Shown here one piece after another: positions 53,565-64,000 of a stretch of 64,000 nt of DNA (positions are counted from its first letter, which is position 1; the number at the start of each line of letters is the position of its first letter). Origin of the DNA: Octopus sinensis (taxonomy: Eukaryota). The notes below the pieces were generated by a model that saw only the letters and a program-made list of their open reading frames with translations, had not been told where the DNA came from and did not search any database. The DNA lies in the NCBI RefSeq assembly GCF_006345805.1, contig NC_042997.1:195858001-195922000 (forward strand), in the 5' to 3' direction. Both the position numbers and the translations under genes were made by a program.

Positions 53565-53765
53565 GTGACCTCGTGAGTACCACTGGCGATTTTTTTTCCT
53601 CTGTCTTCCCTTCTCGGGATCTTTCCTTCTCCTATGTTTCCGACGAAGAGCTCCGCTCGAAACGTTAAACCCTCCTTCTTCCCTTCTTTCCTGAGCGTCC
53701 AATAATACTATATTTGTTCCACGTCCTTGCGTTGTTGTGTTTTTTTGTTTTCTTGTTTGGATTAA
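53565..53765 (+). mobile_element. Penelope-like fragment with minimal hammerhead variant (CCGACGA) at 53636-53670
   Basis: GTTT ccgacga a GAGC tcc GCTC gaaac gt t AAAC; 4-bp stem I, palindromic ACGT stem III; flanked by (TA)n. Confidence 0.6.
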
Positions 53766-53852
53766 CTTTATATATATATATGTTTATGCATTGCAACTAC
53801 TACTACTACTACACACACACACACAAAAACCCACACACACACACACACACAT

Positions 53853-53896
<44 letters not shown>

Positions 53897-54961
53897 CAAA
53901 ACTGGGAGGAAGGAAAGTGGAAAGAAACGACGTATCGAATCGACCCTGACGCGAACGCGCTGTCAGACAATAATGTAATAAATAAAATATATGCATGCAT
54001 ACAAACATATATGTACGTACCTACATCTACATGTATATATATACATGTATATATAAATATATATACGTGAGTACAGGACACTGCAACTAGACGTAGAACT
54101 CAACGGAAACGGGAAAAACATTATTTTTTACAACAGAAAAACAAGGTACAGGACAAACCACACAGGAAAAATCCCCTGTTCATCAGCTGTTTCTAGCTAA
54201 CTCAAGCGTGTTTCGAAGGATAAAACAGGACACGACTCGTCAACTAGTCCTTCATTGCGAGAGAATTAAAATAAAATTGCCTCGCATAGGGGCAAAAACA
54301 GACAAGAAAAACATGTGACAAAAACAGGACGTAAAAACGATACAAATGCAAAATAAAATACAAAGTAGCAATGCATCCCGGCAATGCCGTGTGTTCACAT
54401 TGTATTATTTGCTTCATTTTAAGGGCAGAATCGGGGCCTGAGGAGTATGAAGCTTTTCTTTATAAACGTTTTCCGCTCGTTTTGTGATGAACAACGCAGA
54501 AATTGTTGACACCAGAGACACATAGAATGGTAGCTTAGATTAGAATGAAATCCTAACATTACCTCCAAAATGACCTAGGCTTACGGATGTAGAGAATTGG
54601 AATGCATAGGGAACATACGCTTGCGCGCGAGCACATATTCGCGCACAAATACATACAAAGTCTCTTATATATATATGTAAAGAGAGACACACACACACAA
54701 GCATACGCATACGTGCACCCGTACATACACAGACACACACGCATACACACAGGAACACACACACACACCTTTTATTAGAAGGATTAAATCGAGTAAATCG
54801 TTCGCAATTCGCATTTTTACAGTCTCATTTATATCGTTCTCCTGGCGAAATACTAAGCTATGTGGATGTAAATAAAACAGCACCGGTTCTCAAGTGCTGT
54901 TTGGCACGAATACAAACACATGATACACACATATGCTCATATATATATATGTAAATATATA

Positions 54962-55179
54962 AGAGGGGGTGGCTGAAAATTTCCTGGCTTTTGGTAAAAA
55001 TAAATGTAGGAGGATCAGCTAATTATGATTTTATTCAACATATTCCCTTCTCAGATTCACACACTTATTGCAGCAGTCCTCCAGTTTTTCTAAGCCCTGC
55101 AAAAGCACCCGGAAGGTTGAGCTTCCAGCACGGGCTTTTGCGACTCCCTTAATGCCAGAAAATTTTCAGCACTCCCTCG
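54962..55179. mobile_element. Mariner-type MITE with TA target duplication
   Basis: TIRs agagggggtggctgaaaatttcctggc and gccagaaaattttcagcactccctcg, each flanked by TA. Confidence 0.75.
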
Positions 55180-55552
55180 TATATATATGACTGATTTCCA
55201 CAGTTTCTGTCTCCTAAATGGACGCTCAAAGCAGTAATTAGCTTGGGGCTATAAAAGACACTTGCCCAGAGTGCCGCACAGTGACATTGAACTACAGACT
55301 ACGTAATGGTATATAAGTTTCTTAAAAGCACTGATATGTCTGCGTCTACACACACACACACACACATAAACATAATTTACATAGCTTCCACTAAAAGTAT
55401 TAATTAACACAGGATGCGCTGGAAATTTCCTGGCTTTAAGGGTCTCGCGAAAGGCCTGGCTGGAGGTCCAACCTTCAGAGTTCTTTTACAGGGCTTAGAA
55501 ATACTGAGGGATCACGGCAATAAGTGTGTAAATCTAAAAGAGGAATATATTC

Positions 55553-56133
55553 ATTTCTTTATTGCCCACGGGGGGCTAAAAGTAGAGGGGACAAACAAGG
55601 AGAAGCAAAGGGATTAAGTGTGTTAACTGGTAATTATTTGGTCGACCCCGAAAGGATGAAAGGAAAAGTCGGCTTCAGCGGAATTTGAACTCAGAACGTA
55701 ACGTTAGACGAAATACTTATTTCTTCACTACCCACAAGGGGCTAAATTCAGAAGAGACAAACAAGGACAGACAGACGGATTAAGTCGATTATATCGACCC
55801 CAGTGCGTAACTGGTACTTACTTACTCGACCCCAAAAGGATGAAAGGCAAAATCGACCTCGGCGGAATTTGAAATCAGAACGTAGTGGCAGACGAAATAC
55901 CTATTTCTTTACTACCCACAAGGGGCTAAACACAGAGGGGACAAAGAAGGACAGACAAACGGATTAAGTCGATTATATCGACACCAATGCGTAACGGATA
56001 CTTAATTTACCGACCCCGAAAGGATGAAAGGCAAAGTCGACCTCGGCGGAATTTGAACTCAGAACGTAACAGCTGACGAAATACCGGTAAGTATTTCACT
56101 CGGCGTGCTAACGATTCTGCCAGCTCACCGCCT
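55553..56133 (-). mobile_element. Tandem SINE array, 3 units
   Basis: Junctions gaaatac(t/c)|tatttctt at about 55717 and 55901; head at about 56085-56133. Confidence 0.85.
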
Positions 56134-56835
56134 CTGAGAGGGGAATATATTGAATGAAATCATAATTAACTGATGCCCCTTCATAATCTCTTACCCAAAG
56201 CCAAGAACTTTTCAGCATCACCTCGTACATTTATTTATGACCTAGAAACAGAACACTACGAATTGGAACAATTATAATTCAACGGCAGAAATTTAGAGCA
56301 TACACCTGTAGTAATGATGTGTTAATGCTCAACCAGTTTATTACACAAAGCGTGTTATTGTACGTATTGTTGTTTGTAGGAGTCAGAATACTAAAAGCAG
56401 TAGAATATAGAAAATTAGTGAGAGGTGGCTTTTGGTAATACTAAAGGCAGTAACAATACACATGATAATCTTGAAAACAAAGAGCTTTTGCTTTGGCTTT
56501 TATCCACTGGAATTTATCGAAGTCTGATTCATTTGTCAAATTCGGTGTTCAAATAGCCTGGAATGAAAATACAGATGTACGTAAACACATTTGCAGCGTT
56601 GTAATAAATCTCAGAAGATTCATATTGTCCATTATATTTCAGTTGTTGCTTGATATCAGAATGCATTAAATTCTATTTGGTGTAAAGGATGTAGAAAGAG
56701 AGGTTAAATTCTGTATATTTTTACATAGGTTTACGTTGTTAATATATAGTGGTCGGTATAAATGTAGTATTCCTCAAAAGTTTATTTCTCCGTACACATC
56801 GATTACAAATAAATATATGATACATTTGATATTGT

Positions 56836-57230
56836 AAGGCGGCGAGCTGGCAGAAATGCGTAGCCGTATTTCGTCTGCCGTTACGTTCTGAGTTCAAATT
56901 CCGCCGATGTCGACTTTGCCTTTCATCCTTTCGAGGTCGATAAATTAAGTACCAGTTACGCACTGGGGTCGATATAATCGACTTAATCCGTTTGTCTGTC
57001 CTTGTTTGTCTCCTCTGTGTTTAGTCCCTTGTGGGTAGTAAAGAAATAGGTATCGTCTGCCGTTAGGTTCTGAGTTCAAATTCCGACAAGGTCGACTTTC
57101 CTTTTCATCCTTTCGGAGTCGATTAAATAAATACAAGTTACGCACTGGGATCGATGTAATCGAGTTAATCCCTTTGTCTGTCCTTGTTTGTCCCCTCTAT
57201 GTTTACTCCGTGTGGGTAATAAAGAAATAA
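56836..57230 (+). mobile_element. Tandem SINE array, 2 units
   Basis: Junction aagaaata|ggtatcgtctgcc at about 57049. Confidence 0.85.
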
Positions 57231-58023
57231 ATATACATATAGTATTTCTCAAAAATTAATTCCTCTGTACACATCAATCACAAATATATTTTTGATATAT
57301 TAGCTATTATAAGACGGGGAGCTGGTAGAATCGTTAGCACGCCAGGCAAAATGCTTGGCGGTATTTCGTCTACTTTCACTTTTTGTGTTCAAAATCCCAC
57401 CAGGTCAACTTTGCATTTCATCTTTTCGACTTCGATAAAATAATTAACATTTGAAAACCGCAGACGAGGTAATCGATTTCCCTCCTGCCTCGAAACTGCT
57501 GGCCTTCCGCCAAAGATTAAAAACCACGTTTGGACATTAAAAAGCAACAAGCTTTTGTCTGCTGGGCAACTTAACACACACACACACACACACAGACACA
57601 CGCACTCACATATATAGATTTCAAATTTTTGGCACAAAGCCAGCAATTTCGGGGAGAGGATTAAAATAGATAACATCGACCCCAGTGTTCAACTGGTACT
57701 TATCTCATCAACCTCGAATGGGATAAAAGGTAAGGTCGGCCCCTGTTTGATTTGAACTCAGAACGTAATGACGGCCGAAAAATAAACATTTTGCCTGGCG
57801 TGCTAAAGATTCTTTGCTAATTTAGGTACAAGGCTCGATTTGGGGGGAGGAGGGGCCAATTGATTAAATCGACCCCCGTACGCAGCTGGTACTTAATTTA
57901 TCGACCTCGAAAGGATGAAAGGCAAAGTCGACCTCGGCGATATTTGAACTCGGAACGTTAAGACAGGCGAAACACCGCTAAGCATTTCGCCCGGCGTGCT
58001 AACATGTCTGCCATCAAGCCGCC

Positions 58024-58058
<35 letters not shown>

Positions 58059-59401
58059 TACATGCATACATACATACACACACACACGAATTAATTCTTT
58101 CAATTTCCGTCTGCAGCTGAATCCATCCACAGGGCTTCTATTAAGCTTTGGTCCAAGTTTATAGAAAGCACTTGCCCAAGGAGTCACGCAGTGGGACTGA
58201 ACCCAGAACTATGTGGTTGCGGAACAAACTTCTTACCACACTACCACGCCAGCGCCTATGTAATGAATAATATATAATTTTCATTAAGCTCTTATGGAAA
58301 CATTGCAAAGTATGTATACAGGAATGAATTAGGCAGTTGAAGCGTGTGGTATTTCCATGTAAGCATCTTTTTTTTTAATACGACACCAAATTTCCATATA
58401 TAGAGACACTTCTAGTTTACACAAGTATGTTGCTTATTCAAAATTGTCTATCAAATTGCCGTATTAATAAACAGACAAAAGATTGCCGTATTTATTCAGA
58501 AATTTCTATATTACGGTTTACAACTATATTAAATTTCTCACTCAGCGGACACAAGAGCTTCTTCGTGCATTTTCAATAACTATTTGCAAAATATCGATAT
58601 TAATAAAGTTGTTTTAAATAAATGAATCCAGATTTTTATATTTGTTTTTAATTTTCGAAGTTAAAAATTTAATATTTCTTCTTTTAATTTAAGGACAATA
58701 AAACTAAAACGGATATACTTTTTGAAAATATTCACTTAATAGTAAATTTCACTTATGAATGAAAGAAAATTGTTTTATACGGAAGTTTTAATATGCTATT
58801 ACGATATGTTTCCTACTTTGGTTTGGAATAATGACCATTTTAATTTGTGTAATTTTCATGGTTATTTTTTCTGTTGGAAGAAGAACGATGTAAGAACAAA
58901 AATTTTTATCAGGTAAGAAATCTTTCTAGGACACTTGATACGCATTTCAGAGAAACCTTATTCCTCTTTAACGGTGTGCAACTTAAAAATATAAAATTAT
59001 AATTTAACAGACATAGCATTACATGTTGCTATTGTGTAGCCCGTGGTCGATTCCGATGTAGCTGACATAGGACAAACAGTCTATCTTTCATGACTTTCTG
59101 ATATATTTTCCAACATAATGTATTTAAAACTCTTTGTTTAATACGTTCCATGTTGTGTAAGACAATCGGGTATGATGTAATGGAGCTTAGACTATGATTT
59201 GTTGTTGTTCGAGTGACCACTTAGAGGCCAACACATTTAACTAAATAGAAAAGAAGGTGAAAGCTGGACATCTCCACATACTTTCGTAAAGTATGTTTAG
59301 TAAAATAGTTAAACATTTTAGAGAGCCTCACTTTCCCTTTTACTCTCTCTCTCCCTTTGTACTTCTCTGCCTTCATCCCACTCCCCCACTCTATCCGTTC
59401 G

Positions 59402-59434
<33 letters not shown>

Positions 59435-59456
59435 CCTACCTATATCTTTTCTCATA

Positions 59457-59718
59457 CGATATAGTTCATATTAATACACATAAGGAATCCACTTTGCGTG
59501 AAATTCAACACATTAGAGAGAACAGCTAGGTTCTGTAAACCACAAAATTAGCGGATAAAATTCGACAGGAATAAATTTGGAAATGAGAAACATTTACCAT
59601 CTATTCCTGTCGAATTTTATCCGTTATTTTTGTGGTTTACAGAACCTAGCTGTTCTTTCTAATGTGTTGAATTTCACGCAAAGTGGATTCCTTATGTGTA
59701 TTAATATGCACTATATCG
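59457..59718. mobile_element. 262-bp hairpin MITE with 117-bp arms and TA target duplication
   Basis: 59457-59573 pairs with 59602-59718 with about 4 mismatches; 28-nt spacer; TA on both sides. Confidence 0.8.
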
Positions 59719-60224
59719 TATATATAGTCTTCTTGACTATTTTTTTTTTGCACGTTAGACCACTGGAAATGTAAATTTTGATTGAATATTTTAATTTTAA
59801 TTAAATTCCATTTCCCTTTGATATGATTAAACATTATATATTTTCTCTATCAATATCGAGTCAAAATTTAAGGCGGCGAACTGGCAGACCCGTTAGCACA
59901 CCGGGTCAAATTCTCAGCGGCTTTTAGCCAGTCTTTAGTTTCTGAGCTCAATTTCCGCCGATGTCGACTTTGCTTTCCATCCTTTCTGGGTCGATAAAAT
60001 AAGTTCCAGTTGAGGATTGGAGACGACGTAACCGATTTCTCCCTCCCCACGAAACGGCTGGTTTGTGCGTCACATAGCTAGCTAGAAGCGATGGCCTATT
60101 GGAGCTAATAAACGGCAGCATTCGTCCTATATTTCTAGACTGCCTTATTAGTTCGGCGATAACTATCAATATCCAGTACTGCCGCCGTTGTCGTCTTTAG
60201 AGAGACTTAGGAATTTTAATATTC

Positions 60225-60283
<59 letters not shown>

Positions 60284-60294
60284 TAAATACATAC

Positions 60295-60331
<37 letters not shown>

Positions 60332-62530
60332 TGTATCTATGTGTGTATCTCTGTGTCTGTATTTGTCCCCATCATCGCTTGACAACCGGTGCTGGTATGT
60401 TTACATACCCGTATTAGTAGTTAGTTTGGCAAAGAGAACGATATAATAAGTACTTGACTTGAAAATATGTCCTGGGGTCGAATTGCCCGACAAAAATACT
60501 TACAGGGGTACTCCAGCATGGCCGCAGTCAAATGATTGAAACAAGTAAAAGAATAAAATAATTTCCATGTCGTTGTATTCGTCGTTGTGGCATTCACCTT
60601 CTTTACTTTTGTTTCCTCTTCCTCTCGTATATCCTGTTCGGTGACTATAGATAGCCATATTTCACGAGAAAATTCATTAATACTCTCTACGTGATATAAT
60701 GTGTCGTACTATAGGGCTGGTCGCTAGTCTACACTTCTTCATCTAATGTGTCTGAAACTTGTTCTCTGTCAATCTGGCTCAAAGAATTCGCGTTCAAGGT
60801 ATCACAGATCCCTCTGTTGCAACAATTTCTAACATTTTTATTTGTAGAATTGACAAATACTCTCTACGTGGTATAGTCTGCCGTACTATGGGGCTGGTTG
60901 CTAATCTACGGTTCCTCATCTGATGAATCCGAAACTCATTCTCTGTCCGGCTCAAAAAATTTGCATTCAAGGTAACATTTACTATCATCTTTAGTTGTAT
61001 GATTGACAGAGAGTGTCAAGTTTTGTCGGTTCAAGATGTCTCCGAACCTCACATGTGATTTTCCACGATAGCATTTTTCTTCCGCTAATTCCGAGGAAGA
61101 GATCATTTCTACTCCGCCTCGTAAAAACAATATCTTCCAGAATGGCTTAAAATTAAACGTCGAATATCATCATCCATAATCTTTTAAAGGCTTTTTAAGA
61201 CTTGAAATTATGGTGCTGGAAAAATTTAGGAGCGTAGATTCGAGCAGGAAACAGCCCGAATTCTTGGAACTGAAAAACTTAGAAGAGAAGCAACGGCATG
61301 TTATATAAAGCCGTTAAACTCGACGATGGAGTTTTATGTATCAAATAAAGAATAATTTCAGATAAATTTCACAAATTCCAGCAACCAGATTCTATTCAGA
61401 CGTTATGACAAGAAATACTTACTCAAATGTATTGCAAAGCGTCCATCATGAAGGTGATGAAGATGATAATGATGAGGATGATGATGACGATGACGATGAC
61501 AACAACGATGGTTGTGATAATAGCAAGAGAATACGATGAAAGTGAGTCCAGTCATAACTATTTAGTATACTCATATCTGGAAACTAAACTGGAATTGTCA
61601 TCCTCGATCTCATTGTCATTGTTTATGTTAGATATCGCAGACAAGACACAGCGCAACAAAATCAATGCAGGTTAATAATTTTTATAGAATACCTGTTGGA
61701 ATAACTTCACAAATGATGTAATAGCACTGCTAACACAGTAGAACACAATATTGACTTATAAAAGTATTCAATATTCTACGGTGTCCCTATAAGTCTTTAA
61801 TTAGAATGGAATTGTTGCGAATGTCTTCTTTGTACCCTTATTTATCCTTATAAGTTTATTTGTTTATTTATTTATCTTCTTAGTTATTTGTGTACACTAT
61901 ATTCTTATATACGTTATTTTATCCTTAATACCAATCCTTCTTTTCCTCCCTCACTCTCTTTACCTCTCTCTATTTTTTCTTTCTATTTGCCCCTTAATAA
62001 CCATCTTCGCTACCATTCTCTTAAGGAACTTCGATACATTCGCGTCTTTTTCTGGATATTTACACTATTAAGACTTTAACGTTCATGGATTTTCACAGAA
62101 TTGCACCTCAAGACTTATGGACTAACATCAACACGATCGGAAAGTTAAAATCTGAAGTTTTATGCTTCTTTTTTCTTCATCTCGTTATTCCTTTTCTTCC
62201 GTCCGCTATGTTGTCATTTCATTAATCTATACCCTTCTCATTTTCTCATTTTTTCTCCGATGACGGAATATCCCATTTTCGCGGATATCCCAAGAACAGC
62301 TGTAAAACATTGAAATTTTCCAATAATAATAGCGTATATGATTTGAGAGGTTTGTCTTGCTCTAAATTTTGTTGTCCTCTTTAACAATTATATATCCGCA
62401 ATATCAGAAATGTAAAAATGGTTCCATAACTCCCGGCTCGGCTACAAGCTTGGAGCCGTCGTAATCCGTTACAGCATTTGCCAAGCGTACCCAGGCATTT
62501 GGATCACCTCTGAACTAAACACATATATTT

Positions 62531-62580
<50 letters not shown>

Positions 62581-62806
62581 ATATATATATATATATCATA
62601 TATATATATATATACGTATATATATATATATATTATATATATATTAAGGTATGTAGAAAAATACAACATGGACAAGAACGTATAACTCTTAGAAGACGAC
62701 ACAATAAACATGGACAGGACATTCGAACCCCTCAGTCTTCAGTCAAGACCGGATCTCGTAGTAATTTCGGCTGATTAATATATATATATATATATATATT
62801 ATATAT

Positions 62807-62848
<42 letters not shown>

Positions 62849-62854
62849 TAGATA

Positions 62855-64000
62855 TGTTTCTTTATTAGCCACACAGGGCTGCACACAGATAGAACAAATT
62901 ACAAGGTAGAGCTTTTCTTTTGAAGGTATTAAAAAAAAAAAAAAAAAAAAAAGGAAGGGGGAGGTTCGATCAAAAGGGATCGTAAAGGAGAGAAAGAGGA
63001 CAAAAATAGGGGGGTTAAAAAAAAAAAAAAAAAGGGGGGGGGGGGAGAGGAAAAAAAATGATCAATAGGGATCGTTATCACAGAAATGTCAATATGAAGT
63101 GTAAAGGGGAGGACAGGTGAGGTTTACCCGTGGAAAGAAAAGCCTGCGAAAAGACCACGGTAACCTCGGTCAATGAAGTCACATTTTATATTTCTTTTTT
63201 TTTTTTTTTTTTTTGCAAATAAGCAACTCTCTGTTTTCGATTTCTGGGTTCATAGGACTATGCTCAAGGTGGCTTCGTCATTCATACGTGCCATTCTTGC
63301 TACATTCACCCATCTTTTTTTAAAACATTCGCTAGACAAAACTTGCCTCTCTACTCTCACTTCCTTTCAAGTGGTACTTGAAGAAGTTGATGAGAGATTG
63401 ACCAGAGAGGAAAGTGTTTGTCTCCAATCCTTTCAGACGCGTCCACCAGATACATTCTTTCGCCATAGCCACAAGGATGATGAAAATAGCTCTTCCTTCC
63501 CGTTTGAAGGAAGGAGCGTGACAATATTGACGATAGACTCAGCTGATAAACCGACTCGTCCCACAAGTGACAGCAGTTGTTCGACATAAGCCCCAGGTCG
63601 GAAATTGTTGGACACTGAACGAGTGCGTGCAGAACGGTTTCGTCGCTCTGACCGCATCTCGGGCAGGTCGGCCCCGTGTTTCTCGAGCCGTGTCTGTAGA
63701 GCTTATCCCGAACGGGTAGCGCTTCTCGGTAGCACTGCCAGGCCAGGGATCTCTGGAAGTTGTCCACGGGCCCTGGCCCGAAAGTCGTCCCGAACAGGGG
63801 GGTCAGGTACTCCTCGTCGACGTCCAGGTTCGCCCCGAGCTCGTCGTCGTACCTCCCCTCCACTAAACCCCTATAGAATGCTTTGGTTGTGTTGAAGTCA
63901 CTTAAGGTCCGACCCAGGACGGCAGAGTTGCTTGAGAGCAACGCGACACTCGCGGTGCCATTCGCCCTCCTCGGCCTCTTTTTGATCCACGACTGCAGTT
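62855..64000 (-). mobile_element. 3' end of a Tx1/L1-clade non-LTR retrotransposon, continuing beyond the window
   Basis: ORF 63357-63941 has LAWQCYREALPVRDKLYRHG...CPRCGQSDETVLHALVQC (zf-RVT-like CCHC). Frameshifted C-terminus ends RWVNVARMARMNDEATLSIVL*; 3' UTR ends ctaataaagaaac. Confidence 0.9.

Noticed and set aside
60675-60985. CTGATGA-atcc-GAAAC near 60920 in a degenerate duplication of about 180 bp, resembling a hammerhead core
   Set aside because: No stem I, II or III pairing. The opposite strand reads an acidic VSDSSDEE-like patch, possibly a transposase N-terminal remnant, which would give this motif by chance.
62720-62790. CTGAAGA...GAATGTC motif in a Penelope-like remnant (similar at about 37455-37495)
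   Set aside because: GAAA is replaced and stem II is not convincingly paired; may be a decayed PLE end but cannot be called a ribozyme.

Overview
Eukaryotic, AT-rich, repeat-saturated window with no recognisable cellular protein-coding gene. The SINE families and dense (TA)n/(TAGA)n/(TACA)n/(TAT)n microsatellites look like an octopus (coleoid cephalopod) genome; this assignment is from recognition, not a database search. Almost every ORF in the supplied track is a microsatellite or SINE artefact. The real coding remnants are transposon fragments: a CR1/L2-group RT with an intact 3' frame, R4/Dong-like and HERO-like RLE fragments, a degenerate Jockey-group RT, a Tx1/L1 3' end and mariner pieces. 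The most notable content is three unrelated families of small type I hammerhead ribozyme elements (Penelope-like or retrozyme-like). Two are inserted as head-to-head inverted pairs into (TA)n tracts, and one is a 352-bp circularly permuted, hairpin-rich tandem unit. Also present: a full-length promoterless U6 snRNA copy fused to a tRNA-SINE, four tandem SINE arrays sharing one junction, three copies of a non-autonomous Helitron, several MITEs and fold-back duplications. Coordinates were counted by hand; SINE and degenerate-fragment boundaries are approximate.
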